From: a virus
IMG/VR virus record: IMGVR_UViG_3300045978_000284
Span: 1 to 64,000 of that record
DNA length: 64,000 nt
Strand: one strand, 5' to 3'
The position numbers were made by a program, and so were the translations under genes. Positions within the stretch are counted from its first letter, which is position 1. Each line of letters opens with the position of its first letter. A model generated the notes under the pieces. It was not told where the DNA came from, did not search any database, and saw nothing but the letters and a program-made list of their open reading frames with translations. Shown in pieces: positions 1-9,439 of the stretch.

Positions 1-271
1 AAAGATCGAGCGGCCCGCGGAGGCCGACACGGGCGCGATGATCGACGCCATCGCCAAGGCCCTCAAGCCCGGGATGTTGCCGGTGGAGTGGGAGAAGGTG
101 ATCGACTGATGACGCGCGAGGAGATCCGCGCGCGCATTCTCGCGGCGGATGCCCGGGTCGCGGCGGCCATGGCCGCCGCGTCCACCGAACGCGAGCGCCG
201 TGCCGTGATGGACCGGGCCCTTCCGAAGCGGAAGACCCGGGGGCCCAGTCTGAAGAGAAAGGCGACGTGAG

Positions 272-1174
272 ATGAACACCTATCGCGAGATCCCGGTGTC
301 CCTGATCGACCGCGATCCGGGCCAGCCCCGCAAGGTCTTCAAGACGGGCCCCCTGGAGGAGCTGGCCGAGAGCATCCGCCGCCATGGCGTCCTCCAGCCG
401 ATCAGCGTGGTCGAGCTGGGTGCCCGATTCAGGATCGTCATGGGCGAGCGCCGCTGGCGCGCCGCCCAGCTGGCGCAGATCGAGACCATGCCCTGCATCA
501 TCCGCACCCCGGACGAGATGCTGCGCGTGGCCCAGATCACCGAGAACCTGCTGCGCGCGGACATGGAGCCGCTCGACGAGGCGGCCGCCCTCCAGGAGCT
601 GCTCGACCAGGGGCACGACGCCGACGAGCTGGGCAAGAGCCTGGGGCGCAAGTGCACCCCGGGCCAGTGGGTGCTCGATAAGGTGGGCCTGCTGGGGCTG
701 GCGGCCGTGGTGAAGGACGCGCTGTCCTGCGGCGCGATCAACGTTGAGAAGGCCATGCGCCTGAGCCGCCTCAACATCGAGCACCAGCAACAGGTGTTCA
801 AGGCCCTCAAGGACGGCAAGATCGGTCCCAAGCGCGAGTTCGAGTTCATGGTCGACAAGCTGTGGGCCGCCGAGCACCAGGAGGTCCTCTTCGAGTTGCC
901 GCCGGAGCAGTCGGGCCAGGCGCTCAAGCGGATCGACGAGGCCATCGACCGGATGCTGAATTTCACGCGCGCCATGTTCCGGCGGGACGACGCTCGGGTT
1001 CTGGAATCCCTGATCGGCCTCGACGGCCTCGGCCCGAGGATCGAGAAGATCAGCGCCATCATGACCGAGCTGGCGCGCGTCCGCACGGCGCTCCAGCACG
1101 CGAAAGCTGGCAACGTCGCGGTGCAAGCGGGTCTGCTCGACAGCGTAGGCGGCGCGCCCGCGCGGCGGCGCTGA
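272..1174 (+). CDS. parB: ParB/Spo0J family partition protein
   Basis: N-terminal DPGQPRK..F, LAESIRRHGVLQPI, GERRWRAA (CTP-binding arginine patch), ENLLR..EPLDEA, followed by an HTH region. Confidence 0.9.
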   Translation: MNTYREIPVSLIDRDPGQPRKVFKTGPLEELAESIRRHGVLQPISVVELGARFRIVMGERRWRAAQLAQIETMPCIIRTPDEMLRVAQITENLLRADMEPLDEAAALQELLDQGHDADELGKSLGRKCTPGQWVLDKVGLLGLAAVVKDALSCGAINVEKAMRLSRLNIEHQQQVFKALKDGKIGPKREFEFMVDKLWAAEHQEVLFELPPEQSGQALKRIDEAIDRMLNFTRAMFRRDDARVLESLIGLDGLGPRIEKISAIMTELARVRTALQHAKAGNVAVQAGLLDSVGGAPARRR

Positions 1175-1176
1175 CC

Positions 1177-1918
1177 ATGCACCAGCATCGCGCCATCCTG
1201 GCCCAGCGGCGAACCCTGCCCTGGACAGGGTGCATCCTGAGGAGGTGGCACCCCGGCCAGTCACACGGCGGGGTGCTCTACCGCGACACCTGCCGCTGTG
1301 GGGCGACCCGCGACACCGAGGCGAATGGCGGCCGCCGGGATTCTGGGGAATGGCGCGGGCCCGAGCGGATTTACCCGGGCCGAGCTGCCACTCTATGAGT
1401 CGCCACATCGTGGTCCACGACGGGACGGCCGGACGGCCGCCCCTGAGCCTGTCCTGCCTGATCTGTCAGGCGACCCTCGCCCCGAGCGTGCCCCTGCCAG
1501 CCGCGGAGTGGCTCGACTACGCGCGGGCGTTCTGGAAGGAGCACCGCCGCTGCCGCCGGCCTGTCCGCTGCGCCCGCTGCGGTGGACTGATCCCGGTGAC
1601 GAGCGCCGACCGCTACCGCGTCCATCGCTTCGCCGATCTCCGACGGGCCGGCCTGCGCTGTCCCAATTCCGGTCAACCCGTGAAAGGAACGACGGAATGA
1701 AACTGAACGAAGCCGATCTCTGCTTGAACCTGGAGTGCTCTGAAATCTTCAAGCGCCCGGACCGCGGCGTGCCGGTCTGCCCGTCCTGTACAGCGCGGCA
1801 GACCATTCCCCTCGCGGTCTTTCTGGACAGGAGGGGTCCCGACCGTGTCATTCGTGTGACGGACGAGGACCATCCATACGACGGCGTCGAGCCCGGACTT
1901 GCCCGGATCGATCCGTGA
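1177..1918 (+). CDS. Three small overlapping Cys-rich hypothetical proteins (1177-1398, 1395-1700, 1697-1918)
   Basis: ATGA-coupled ORFs with CxC/CxxC motifs (TCRCG; CLICQ, CARCG; CLNLEC, CPSC). Confidence 0.6.
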
Positions 1919-1939
1919 TGGATGATATATCATAACGCC

Positions 1940-3508
1940 ATGAAGACGCTGCGACCCTACCAGGACACCGCGTACCGCAACACCCTGGCGGCCTGGGGGC
2001 GGGGCATTCCGAGAGTGCTCCTGGTCCTGCCCACAGGTGCTGGGAAGACGGTCGTGTTCGCGCGCCTGGCGGAAGCCATGCGGCAGTACGGACGTATCGT
2101 GGTGCTCGCTCACCGGGAGGAGCTGCTCGACCAGGCCGAAGAGAAGATCTCCGCGTGGACCGCGCTGCGGACGACCATCGAGCAGGGTGACCGCTACGGG
2201 GATCCAACGGCCGACGTGCTGATCGCCTCCGTGGCGAGCCTGCGCAGCGAGCGCCGGCGCCTGCGCTTCGACCCGGCGCACTACGGACTCATGATCGTGG
2301 ACGAGGCGCACCATGCCGTCGCGGACACCTACAAGACGGCGCTCCAGTACTTCGGCCCGCGCTTCCTCCTGGGCGTCACGGCGACGCCGGACCGCCTGGA
2401 CCGCAAGTCGCTGCGCGGCACGTTCGACGAGGTGGCCTTCACCTACGAGCTGCGCGAGGCCATCAAGGACGGCTGGCTGGCCCGGATCGTTCTGAAGAAG
2501 GCCGTCATCAAGGACCTGGATCTCTCGCAGGTGCGCACGACCGCCGGCGATCTGAACGAGGGCGAGCTGGAGGCCCAGCTGCTCAAGGAGACCGTGCGGA
2601 TGGAGATGGCCCGCGCGATCGCTGACCACGTGGCGCGCCGCAAGACCCTGGTCTTCGCCACCACGATCAACCACGCCGAGGCCCTGGCGGAGGCCATCCG
2701 CGAGTTCATGCCCGAGCCCGGTCGCGTGAACCACGTGTCGGGGCGCGATAGCGCGGACGCGCGCGCGACCAAGATCAGCCTCTTCCGCAAGGGGCTCACC
2801 CAGGTCCTGGTCAACTGCATGATCGCGACCGAAGGGTTCGACGAGCCCGCCATCGAGTGCGTGGCCCTCGGCCGCCCGACCGAAAGCCGGGCCCTGGCCT
2901 CGCAGATGATCGGCCGCGGCTCCCGGCTCTACTGCCCGCGGGGCTGCGTGGCGGCGTGCGGGCATCCCGAGGCCAAGACCAGCGTCCTGATCCTGGACTT
3001 CGCGGGCAACGCGGGCAAGCACCGCCTGGTGAACCCGGTCGACATCCTGGGCGGCGCCGAGGACGAGCGCATCCGCGAGATCGTGGCCCGCGCCGAGTCC
3101 AACGGTCAGGCGCTCGACGTCATGGAGGCCATCGACCAGGCCCACCTCGAGCTGGCCGCCCAGGCCCGCGCGAAGGCGCGTCTGGACTTCATCGAGGTCG
3201 ACCCGTTCGCCACCATCAGCGGCATCCTCCGGGTGAGCCCGGCGGCCGGCCGCTGGGGCGGCATCGAGGCGACCGACGCGCAGCTCGACACCCTGGAACG
3301 TGCGGGGCTCGGACGGGACATCGACCTGGACAAGGTCGACCGCGGCCAGGCGAGCGCGCTCATCGAGGCCATCATCGAGCGCCGCAAGGCTGGCCTCTGC
3401 ACCTACAAGATGGCGAAGGTCCTGGCGCGCGCCGGGCACGACCCGGACATGGACTACGAACCGGCCCGCGCGCTCATCGACGAGCTGGCCAAGACCTGGC
3501 GGCGCTGA
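1940..3508 (+). CDS. Superfamily 2 DEAH-box helicase (UvsW/Irc3/ResIII-like)
   Basis: Q motif LRPYQ, Walker A LPTGAGKT, DEAHH, TATPDRLD, TEGFDEP, QMIGRGSR. Confidence 0.92.
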   Translation: MKTLRPYQDTAYRNTLAAWGRGIPRVLLVLPTGAGKTVVFARLAEAMRQYGRIVVLAHREELLDQAEEKISAWTALRTTIEQGDRYGDPTADVLIASVASLRSERRRLRFDPAHYGLMIVDEAHHAVADTYKTALQYFGPRFLLGVTATPDRLDRKSLRGTFDEVAFTYELREAIKDGWLARIVLKKAVIKDLDLSQVRTTAGDLNEGELEAQLLKETVRMEMARAIADHVARRKTLVFATTINHAEALAEAIREFMPEPGRVNHVSGRDSADARATKISLFRKGLTQVLVNCMIATEGFDEPAIECVALGRPTESRALASQMIGRGSRLYCPRGCVAACGHPEAKTSVLILDFAGNAGKHRLVNPVDILGGAEDERIREIVARAESNGQALDVMEAIDQAHLELAAQARAKARLDFIEVDPFATISGILRVSPAAGRWGGIEATDAQLDTLERAGLGRDIDLDKVDRGQASALIEAIIERRKAGLCTYKMAKVLARAGHDPDMDYEPARALIDELAKTWRR

Positions 3509-3690
3509 TGCGCCAGACCATCGTCGTCCCGCTGCGCTCGATGATCTGGATCCACGAACATCTGTGGGCGGCGATCTCGATCGACCATCGCCGCCGCTGA
3601 TGTCGCGGTGCACGACCTATTTCCCTGCGACCCGGTGCGCGTGCGGATTCTATGACGTGCGCTGGGTCTCGGGCCCCCTGGAGGTGGCTG

Positions 3691-4136
3691 ATGCCCAAGA
3701 CCTATCTGGTGACGATGCGCGTGGAGGCGCCGTCCCACGCGACCACTGAGGACGTGCTCGGCCGCGTGGAGCAGACGCTCGAGGACCTGCCCGCGCGCTA
3801 TCACGTGGTGAGCGTAGAAGCCCGGCTGGTCTCCAGAGACGTGGAGGTCGTCCGCCTGTGAACCTCGATCAACGGATCAAGATCTACTGAGCCGTGATGG
3901 TAGGGTACGGCGTGACCGTACCGGAGGGCCGACTCCCGGTGACCAGCGTCGGATCCCGACGCGAAGCCAAGGCCCTGATCGTGGCCACCTGCAAACGCTC
4001 CGACGCCGGCGATGGCTACTACGCCCCGGAGCTGGCCCAGGAGCAGACGCTCGAGAATCTCTACGCCTTCAGCGCGCGGGTCGAAGCCATCCACGCCATG
4101 TACTTCGCCGACACCGATCGGTGCGACTGCAAGTAG
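3691..4136 (+). CDS. Two small hypothetical proteins (3691-3861, 3894-4136)
   Basis: Short ORFs with GC3-biased codons; GGAGG RBS before 3691. Confidence 0.5.
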
Positions 4137-4142
4137 GACCAT

Positions 4143-4219
4143 GGTGGCTGTAGCTCAGCGGGAAGAGCATCGGTCTGTGAAGCCGACGGTCGCGGGTTCG
4201 AGCCCCGCCAGCCACCCCA
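4143..4219 (+). tRNA. tRNA-His (GUG)
   Basis: Acceptor GTGGCTG(4144-50)/CAGCCAC(4209-15); G-1 at 4143 opposite C73; D arm GCTC..GAGC; anticodon loop CT-GTG-AA (4177-79); GGTTCGAG T loop; encoded CCA at 4217-19. Confidence 0.95.
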
Positions 4220-4474
4220 TCCACCCCGTGCTACCGTAACGGCTGCTGACGTGGCGTGCTGCGAGCCGACACCGCGCGCTGGGTCTCCTCTTCTTCCCGG
4301 CCCGGCGGGCCCTGGGGATCGAGAGCCCTAATCCCGCCAGCACGCCATTTTCTCTCGCAGCGTCGCCACCGGACGGGCCCGGCTCGTCTCTGTCTCGAAG
4401 CTGCGCGTGCCCCCCGGGAAGTGGCGACGATAACCTGGGGTCTTGACCGCGACGCCTCCCCCAGTGCTACCGTG

Positions 4475-4820
4475 AGGCTGCTGATCGCGTGCATGCGGCT
4501 ATGGTGTTGCCGCGGGGAGTCATTACCCCCACGTCGTTCGAATCGACAGCGCATCAGCTTGGAGAGGGCGAGGGCGGGCCGGAAAGCGCGGCACAGGGGT
4601 GCATCGGCCGGTCCCGTGAGGCGCCGCGCCTGTAATCGGGGAGTTCTCGTCCTGCCCTCTCGACTTCTGGTTGACTCCGGAGGCACTCCGGGCGGATAGT
4701 CGGTCCCTGAAAAGGAACGGCCCGGGCGGGAACCCGGGCCGACGGTCACCAGCCACCACGAATGGCTGAGAGCAGCTTTGGCTCAACCATCTTCGCAAAC
4801 CCTGGTGACCGGAGTCAAGC
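4475..4820 (+). ncRNA. Candidate structured non-coding RNA / leader with a tRNA-like cloverleaf
   Basis: No convincing ORF. Complementary segments include a cloverleaf at 4480-4558 with a TTCGAAT T-loop, long stem 4562-4578/4646-4661, 4671-80/4809-18, 4743-52/4802-11 and hairpin 4718-4741. Confidence 0.55.
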
Positions 4821-4837
4821 CCAAAAGGAGGGCACTC

Positions 4838-5944
4838 ATGGCCACCACGGCAGACAGGAAGTCCACGAATCGGCGCCGCCCTGACGTTGAAGCGCTCGGT
4901 CTGATCCGCGACGCCCAGCCCAGGGTGGGCTGGTGGTGGGCCCCGAACGCCATCTTCGATCTCAGGCTCAAGATCCATACCTTCGGGGTCTACTGCTACC
5001 TGCGCCGCCTCGCCGATCGAGACGGAGTCTCCTGGCCGAAACAGCGGACCATCGCGAACGCCCTGCAGCTCTCCCTGACGACGGTCAAGATCGCTCTGGC
5101 CGAGCTGGTCGAGCGCAAGCTGCTCCATATCGAGGGTGAACCGGGCCGTGTGGCCACTTACACGCTCCTGGCTGTACCCCAGGTGACCCATGAACCACCT
5201 AGCCGCGTTGCGACCCAGACGCGTGGCGGCTACCCAACAGGTGACGACCTAGACGCGCCGCGACTACCACCTAGGCGCGTGGCGGCTACAGAAGAAAACA
5301 CAGCGGAAGAAAAACCACTTGAGGCAGGACAGCCTACGGCTGGCCCGCCGCCGTTGGCGGCGAGCGCCCCGGCCGGCCGGATCCTAGAGCCTTTGACTGG
5401 AGGAGAAGTACCGCGCGCGCGCGCGCGCGAGACTACCCCCAGCCAAGGGGTACTCCTGCCCGACGAGGGGGTGGCCGGTACCAATGGCCACGCCGTGGGC
5501 CACGGGGCGGGCCCAGCCCAGCCCACGGCGACGCCTACGGCGGAAGCCTCGGACCCGGAGGAGGACCGTCCAGCCGACCAGGCAACGGCGGTCCGGGTAC
5601 TTTCCCACTGGCGCACGCTCTGGTTCGAGCACACCCGGCAGCCCTACAAGCCAGACGCCGAGGAGCGGCGACGCGGGCTACACAACCTGCGCCATCTCAT
5701 CGGCCGCCACGGGGAGGGGGAGGTCATCCGCTGCATGGAGTGGGCCTTCATGGCTGGCAAGAACATCTACTGGCCCACGGTGTCGGCGTTCGCCACGAGC
5801 GCCACGATCATGCGGATCCAGGCCGAGAGCTCCGCCTCCGGGCGCTCCACGTCCAAGACAGCCAACAACCACGCCAACATGATGGCCTTGGCAGATCGGC
5901 TCGAGCGCGAGGCCAAGACGATCGACGCGGAGGTGATTCGATGA
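4838..5944 (+). CDS. Phage replication initiator (N-terminal wHTH, lambda O-like organisation)
   Basis: AGGAGG RBS; VYCYLRRLAD..SWPKQRTIANALQLSLTTVKIALAELVERKLL (HTH_36-like); internal iterons; followed by a DUF6475 gene. Confidence 0.8.
   Translation: MATTADRKSTNRRRPDVEALGLIRDAQPRVGWWWAPNAIFDLRLKIHTFGVYCYLRRLADRDGVSWPKQRTIANALQLSLTTVKIALAELVERKLLHIEGEPGRVATYTLLAVPQVTHEPPSRVATQTRGGYPTGDDLDAPRLPPRRVAATEENTAEEKPLEAGQPTAGPPPLAASAPAGRILEPLTGGEVPRARARETTPSQGVLLPDEGVAGTNGHAVGHGAGPAQPTATPTAEASDPEEDRPADQATAVRVLSHWRTLWFEHTRQPYKPDAEERRRGLHNLRHLIGRHGEGEVIRCMEWAFMAGKNIYWPTVSAFATSATIMRIQAESSASGRSTSKTANNHANMMALADRLEREAKTIDAEVIR
5197..5320 (+). repeat. Putative replication origin: four ~21 bp iterons plus an A-rich tract
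   Basis: ACCTAGCCGCGTTGCGAC (5197), ACCCAGACGCGTGGCGGCTAC (5213), ACCTAGACGCGCCGCGACTAC (5247), ACCTAGGCGCGTGGCGGCTAC (5269), then AGAAGAAAACACAGCGGAAGAAAAACC. Confidence 0.75.
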
Positions 5945-6696
5945 GCCCCGAGGATACGCGCCCCTTCCTGGCCGCCCTAAGCCGAGCCGCCGAATATTTC
6001 AACGAGACCCTGAGTGAGAGCAAGGGCCAGATCTACTTCGAGGGGCTCAAGCTCCTGCCCCTGGAGGCGGTGCTCCGCGGGCTCGCCAAGGCGATGGAGG
6101 GCGCGCGCTTCATGCCGAAGATCGTGGACGTGGTCGAGGCCATTGAGGGCACCCGCGCGGACCGCGCGGAGCAGGCCTGGACGCGCTTCACGACGGCCGC
6201 GGCGTCCGCTGTGGGGGCCTACCAGTCCGTGGACTTCGAGGACCCGGCCCTGCACGCCACCATCCGCGAGATGGGAGGCTGGGCCTACAGCCGCGCCATC
6301 CTCGACGTGGACGAGGACCAGCTGGGGTTCGTGAAGCGTGACTTCCTCAGGCACTACGACCGCTTCCTGCGCCTTGGGACGGGCGACAACGGCCATCCGC
6401 TCCTGGGAATCCAGGCCATCGAGAACCGGCTGACCCGCCCGTCCTGGGACCACGCGCTCGATCACGTGGACGAGGTGCTCCAGATCGGCCCCGGCGGCTC
6501 CCTGGCCCTCCCGCCGGTGCCAGCCATGGCCGCGCTGCCGCCGGCGCTCGACCCGGAGCCGGAGGCGCCCCTGACGCCCGAGGAGAACCAGGCGCGCCTC
6601 CGGGAGCTGATCGCCGGGCTCGCCAAGCCATTGCCCGGCGACAAGATGCGGAGGCTTGACACGCGGAACGGTAACGACGTATCGTCAGCGCCATGA
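5941..6696 (+). CDS. DUF6475-like replication protein (helicase loader-type partner of the initiator)
   Basis: ATGA overlap with the initiator; FMPKIVDV..AEQAW..GAYQSVDFEDPALHATIREMGGW pattern. Confidence 0.7.
   Translation: MSPEDTRPFLAALSRAAEYFNETLSESKGQIYFEGLKLLPLEAVLRGLAKAMEGARFMPKIVDVVEAIEGTRADRAEQAWTRFTTAAASAVGAYQSVDFEDPALHATIREMGGWAYSRAILDVDEDQLGFVKRDFLRHYDRFLRLGTGDNGHPLLGIQAIENRLTRPSWDHALDHVDEVLQIGPGGSLALPPVPAMAALPPALDPEPEAPLTPEENQARLRELIAGLAKPLPGDKMRRLDTRNGNDVSSAP
6656..6685 (+). promoter_or_regulatory. Putative sigma70 promoter
   Basis: TTGACA (6656-61), 18 bp spacer, TATCGT (6680-85), upstream of the RHH-like gene. Confidence 0.45.
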
Positions 6697-6736
6697 ACCG
6701 GCGCACGTCAGCGTATCTGGCTGGACATGCGAAGCC

Positions 6737-7000
6737 ATGAAGCGTCTCACCTTCAAGGCCGGCGAGAAGCCCGAGGTCCAGGAGCTGCACATCCGCAACG
6801 CCCCCCGGGCGCTGGTCACGCGACTCCGGGTGCTCCTGGCCATGACCCCGACGGGGACGTCCTACGAGGCGGTCGTCATCGGCGCCCTGACGATCGGCCT
6901 GGCCTCGCTGGAGGCCCTGGCGCGGCCCCTGGATGGGGTCAGGATCGACCCACGCCCCGCGGACGCCAAGGCGATCGCGAAGAGTCTGGGGCTCGTATGA
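6737..7000 (+). CDS. Ribbon-helix-helix-like small DNA-binding protein
   Basis: ELHIRNAPRALVTRLRVLLA resembles the FitA/Arc-type RHH pattern. Confidence 0.5.
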   Translation: MKRLTFKAGEKPEVQELHIRNAPRALVTRLRVLLAMTPTGTSYEAVVIGALTIGLASLEALARPLDGVRIDPRPADAKAIAKSLGLV

Positions 7001-7475
7001 ACTACCAGGCCGTGCACGAGCTGGCCGCGATGGAGGCCGCGTTCGCCGTGCTTCGTGTTCACTACCGAGACCTGGATCGGCTCGGCAACGCGATCCTGAC
7101 CACGCCCTCGACCATGATCCGCAAGGCCATGGGCGTGATGCAGCTCACCGAAGGTGATAGGCTGCGGCGCATCCGGGATTCGTCTAGAGTCCCAGCCGCA
7201 AGGCTGGGCGGTAGGACGCCGGGCCCCTCAGCCCGGAAACTGACGTTCGATCCGTCGATCCCGGACCAACCCCACCCACTCGCCAAACCATCCACAGGAG
7301 ACAACCGATGAAGGCAGCGAAGAAGGCCAAGCCGAACAAGCGCTGGGAAGTCACCATGATCCTGGAGGATCAGGAGCCGCGCCCGCCGGCGACCCGCCGC
7401 GGTGACATCAAGTCCTCGCTGGAGGAGGAGGCCCGAGGGATGGGTCTCGACGTCAAGAAGTCCACGGTGAAGTGA
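6997..7475 (+). CDS. Two small hypothetical proteins (6997-7311, 7308-7475)
   Basis: ATGA-coupled ORFs; AGGAG RBS before 7308. Confidence 0.55.
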
Positions 7476-7532
7476 TGGGTGAGCCGGTGGTGCCCGAGGT
7501 TCTCCCGGGTCGCTCGGTGCAGCTGGGGCCCC

Positions 7533-9188
7533 GTGGCTAACATCCACCTCGGCTTCCAGCTGGGCACCGGTGAGCCGGTGTCCATTCCGCTGCACCACCT
7601 GGTCATCACCGGGCAAACTCAAGCCGCCGGAAAGACGACCGCGCTCGAGGGGCTCGTCTCCCGGGCGGCGGTCAAGGACCACCGCGCGCGCGCCCTCGCG
7701 TTCGTCACCAAGCGCGGCGAGGGCGCGTTCACCCAGGCCCGGAGGATCGGTCCGTACTTCCGGGACCAGGGCGGCTGGGAGTACGTCGCGTCGATCCTCG
7801 AAGCAAGCCGGGGCGAGAAGATGCGCTTCGAGCGCGCGTGGATCATCCGGGCCTCCGCCGGGGCCACCACGCTGCAGGCCGTCCAGGCCAACGTGAAGAA
7901 GCTGATGGCCGGCAGCAAGGGCATGAGCGCCGACGTGTACCTGACGCTCGATGCCTACCTGGACGTGGTGGTGCCGCAGATCGCCAAGGTGGACTGGGCG
8001 CGCACCGTGGATCTCCAGCCCGGCCTGAGCGTGATGGACCTGACCGGAATGCCGGTCGAGCTGCAGCACCTCGTGATCGAATCGACGCTTGGCTGGGTCC
8101 ACGAGCGGGAGCACGACACCATCGTCCTGATGCCCGAGGCGTGGAAGTTCATCCCCGAGGGTCGCAAGACGCCGGTCCGCCGCGCCGCGGAGTTCTACAT
8201 CCGCCAGGGGGCGGGGCTCGGCAACTACCTGTGGATCGACACGCAGGACATCGCCGGCGTGTGGAAGCTGATCCTGAAGTCGGTCCCGGTCTGGATCCTC
8301 GGCGTCCAGCGCGAGTGGAACGAAATCAAGCGGACGGTGGCGGAGATCCCCGAGGGTGTCGCCAAGCCAAAGCCGGGGGAGATCGCTGCCCTGGGTCTCG
8401 GCGAGTTCTTCGCGTGCTGGGGCACGACGGTTGTCCGGGTGTACGCCCAGCCGGCCTGGATGCCGCCCCAGCGGGCCCGCACGCACGCCATCGGGTCGCT
8501 GGTTGCCATTCCGGGGCGTCCAGAGGTCGCCGATGCCGTGATGCCACAGGAGGACCCGCGCATGTGCCAGGAACACGAGCGGCTCGCGAAGGAGTTGGAG
8601 TTGGTGAGTCGCGCGCTCAACACCGAGAAAACCCGCCATGCCGAAACGCACGCCCGCGCCGAGGAAGGGGCCCAGCGCGCCTACGCCGCGGACCAGCTCG
8701 CGGAGGCGATCACCAAGTTTCTCGGCGGGACGATGGGTGGCGGGATCGCGATCGACGAGGAGGCCATCGTGCGTCGGGTGCTTGCGAGGATCCCCGCCGG
8801 CGGGACGGTCGTCCAGGTGACGCCACCCGAAAAGCTGCGCCGGGACTTCCAGACGGCGGAGGTGGCCCGGCTGCTGGCCGAGATCGGCGCCATGACCAAG
8901 CTGGAGAAGTCGGTCCTGCGGCTCCTGGAGTCGACCGACGAGTACGTCGGGCAGCAGACCGTGGCGCTGCGGCTCGGGCGGGCGACAGGGGGCGGCTCGT
9001 GGGTGGATCTCGGCAAGGCGGTGAAGGGCCTGGCCGAGCGCCGCTACCTGGAGCTGAAGGACCGCACGGGGGTCCGGAAGAACCTGCACGCGCGGATCAC
9101 CGAGGACCTGGCCTTCTACAAGGCGATGCCGGCGGAGATCGACCAGACCTACCAGGCGGTGCTCCACGCGCTGGCGACGGAACCATGA
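7533..9188 (+). CDS. HerA/FtsK-superfamily P-loop ATPase with coiled coil and C-terminal wHTH
   Basis: HLVITGQTQAAGKTT (Walker A variant), IVLMPEAWKFIP (Walker B variant), IRQGAGLG, DTQ motif. Confidence 0.7.
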   Translation: MANIHLGFQLGTGEPVSIPLHHLVITGQTQAAGKTTALEGLVSRAAVKDHRARALAFVTKRGEGAFTQARRIGPYFRDQGGWEYVASILEASRGEKMRFERAWIIRASAGATTLQAVQANVKKLMAGSKGMSADVYLTLDAYLDVVVPQIAKVDWARTVDLQPGLSVMDLTGMPVELQHLVIESTLGWVHEREHDTIVLMPEAWKFIPEGRKTPVRRAAEFYIRQGAGLGNYLWIDTQDIAGVWKLILKSVPVWILGVQREWNEIKRTVAEIPEGVAKPKPGEIAALGLGEFFACWGTTVVRVYAQPAWMPPQRARTHAIGSLVAIPGRPEVADAVMPQEDPRMCQEHERLAKELELVSRALNTEKTRHAETHARAEEGAQRAYAADQLAEAITKFLGGTMGGGIAIDEEAIVRRVLARIPAGGTVVQVTPPEKLRRDFQTAEVARLLAEIGAMTKLEKSVLRLLESTDEYVGQQTVALRLGRATGGGSWVDLGKAVKGLAERRYLELKDRTGVRKNLHARITEDLAFYKAMPAEIDQTYQAVLHALATEP

Positions 9189-9439
9189 CGCCGACCATCG
9201 AGTGCCCGCGCTGTCAGGGCACGGGACAGATTCTGGACCAGCGCGAGCTGGGTCGAGAGCTACGCGCGCTGCGCGTGGCGTCGCAGATGACCCTGCGCGC
9301 CATGTCCGAGCGGCTCGGCATCACGGCCACGTATCTGTGCGACCTGGAGCTGGGCCGCCGCGTCTGGTCACCCGGGAGGGTCCAGGAGTTCCGCGCCGTC
9401 TGTGGCGCCCGCGCCAACGGGGCCAGGAGGAAGCGATGA
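9185..9439 (+). CDS. XRE-family HTH protein with an N-terminal CxxCxGxG knuckle
   Basis: CPRCQGTG; LRALRVASQMTLRAMSERLGITATYLCDLELGRR. Confidence 0.8.
   Translation: MTPTIECPRCQGTGQILDQRELGRELRALRVASQMTLRAMSERLGITATYLCDLELGRRVWSPGRVQEFRAVCGARANGARRKR

Noticed and set aside
4575-4610. GGAAAG..CACAGGGGTGC resemblance to RNase P RNA
   Set aside because: The conserved GAGGAAAGUCC and 3' ACAGAA..GGC P4 elements are not present
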